A DNA stretch of 63,794 nt, counting the filler, from Chiloscyllium plagiosum (taxonomy: Eukaryota), in the NCBI RefSeq assembly GCF_004010195.1. It is 4 parts of one record of this genome, joined end to end, with 100 filler letters (N's around TTAATTAATTAA, not from the genome) between each part and the next. Parts side by side here need not be neighbours in the genome. Positions count along the whole stretch, not along the records: positions 60,437 to 63,794 come from NC_057711.1; 3 more parts are not named here. One strand, given 5' to 3'. Position numbers and translations under genes: made by a program. This document shows positions 62,075-63,794 of this stretch, one piece after another (within the stretch, counting starts at the first letter, position 1; the number at the start of each line of letters is the position of its first letter). The notes under the pieces are model-generated. The model was not told where the DNA came from and made no database searches. It saw nothing but the letters and a program-made list of their open reading frames with translations.

Positions 62075-63220
62075 GCAGTGCTGTCACAGACAGTTGTGAA
62101 TGGTGGTGGACAGCTTACTGAGGAGGAACCTCCACAAACAGCCCACCCTCAATCATGGGGAGCCCAGCACATCAGTGCAGTAGACAAGGCTGACTCATCT
62201 ACAACTGTCTTCAGCCAGGAGTGTCAAGTGGACAATCCATCTCAGCATCAAAATAAGATGGTTGAGATTGGAAGAGGCCAGGCATCTCAGCTCTAGGACA
62301 TCACTACAGGAGTCCCTCAGTGTACTTTCTGAGGGCCAACCGTCATTAGCTTTCTCAATGACTTTCCTTCCATCATAAAATCAGAAGTGGGAATGTTCAC
62401 TGATGAAAGCACCATGCGCAATAACTGAGAAACTGAGGCAGTCCATGCCCAAATGCAACAAGACCTTGACAATAGCCAGGTTTGAGATGACAAATGACAT
62501 ACATACCACACAAGTACCAATCAATGGCAATCCCCAACAAGACATTTCATAGCATCATCATTCATTGAATCACCTATTATCAACATCTTGGTGGTTATTA
62601 CTGACCAGTAACTGAATTAAACTAGCCAAATAAATACGAGTACAAGAGCAGGTTGGAAATTAGCAACCCTGGAGCTTGTCTCTCTTCTCCTGACACACCA
62701 AAGCCTGTCTACAATCTACAAGGCACAAGTCAGGAGTGTGAATGAATACTCCCCACTTGTCTGGATGGGTACAGCTCCAACACTCGAGTATAGATAAAGG
62801 TGCCTGCTTGATTGAGATCAGTGCCACAAACATTCGTTCCCTCCACTATCAATGTACAGGAGCAGCAGTGCTTTCTAGCTAGAAGGTGCACTGGAGAATT
62901 TCACCAAAGGCTCCCCAAGCAGCACTCTCCAAGTCCACAGCTACTTTCATCTGAAAGGCAAGAGCATCAGATACATGGGAACACCACCACCTTCAAGTTC
63001 CTTGTCAAGCCACTCAGGATGCTGACTTGGAAATGTATCACCGACATTGGGTCAACACTGAGAATTCCCTCCCCAAGGGAGATTGTGGGTCTGCCCACAG
63101 TGAATGGATTGTAGCGGTTCAAGAAGGCAGCTCACCACCGATTTCAGAAGAACAACTCAGGATGGGCAATAAATACTGGCCCAGCCAACGACAACTACAT
63201 TCAACCAGTGAATAAATAAA
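62075..63220 (+). mobile_element. Old CR1/L2-clade LINE RT remnant plus 3' end
   Basis: TTGVPQ..FLNDFPSIIKSEVGMFTD..IYKAQVRSV; ends in tgaataaataaaaa. Confidence 0.75.
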
Positions 63221-63391
63221 AATTGCTGGAAAAACACAGCAAGTTTTCAAGTTTGCAGCAACCGTGAAGCGTGAGAGTTAACATTTACGGCCTCTTCTTC
63301 AGAACTGGAAGACACAATCTCCACAGGTGCTGTCAGTGAGTTTTTTCGACAACTTTTGTTTCTGTTAGTGAATTACAAAGATTCACCACCC

Positions 63392-63794
63392 TTTGAAAGA
63401 AGTCCTGAGGGACAGGATGTACAAGTATTTGGAAAGGCAAGGACTGATTAGGGATAGTCAACATGGCTTTGTACGTGGGAAATCATGTCTCTCAAACTTG
63501 ATTGAGTTTTTTTGAGGAAGTAACAAAGGAGATTGATGAGGGCAGCGCGGTAGATGTGATCTATATGGACTACAGTAAGGTGTTCGACAAGGCTCCCCAT
63601 GGGAGACTGTTTAGCAAGGTTAGATCTCATGGAGTACAGGGAGAACTAGCCATTTGGATACAGAACTGGTTCGAAGGTAGAAGACAGAGGGTGGTGGTGG
63701 AGGGTTGTTTTTCAGACTGGAGGCCTGTGACCAGTAGAGTGCCACAAGGATCGGTGCTGGGTCCTCTACTTTTTGTCATTTACATAAATGATTT
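63392..63794 (+). mobile_element. Young CR1 RT fragment running off the window end
   Basis: [47 protein letters not shown]. Confidence 0.93.

Overview
Vertebrate genomic DNA, most likely from a shark (HE1-type SINEs, CR1/HER1-type LINEs and Penelope families of the kind seen in carpet sharks). It is dominated by nested, mostly decayed transposable elements and contains five N-gaps, three of them artificial 100-bp joins. The only good host-gene candidate is a minus-strand first coding exon at 61461-61583 (MVVKGKKSSGKEK..., PUM3-like); its putative next exon runs into a CR1 insertion. The most interesting structures are: (1) an old ~1.4-kb-period tandem array of internally deleted PIF/Harbinger units at 4.7-13.6 kb, hidden by later CR1 insertions, with an unusually conserved ~29-bp junction block; (2) a head-to-head inverted pair of Harbinger 5' ends at 25.8-28.9 kb; (3) small palindromic Penelope pLTR insertions with target-site duplications that carry hammerhead-ribozyme motifs, one fully intact; (4) an ERV-L-like (class III) provirus remnant with a tRNA-Leu-type PBS and gag; (5) a Gmr1-type Gypsy element with integrase before RT; (6) a Penelope copy with a twin-priming-type 5' inversion. 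All calls come from manual reading and translation, with no database searches, and most repeat boundaries are approximate.
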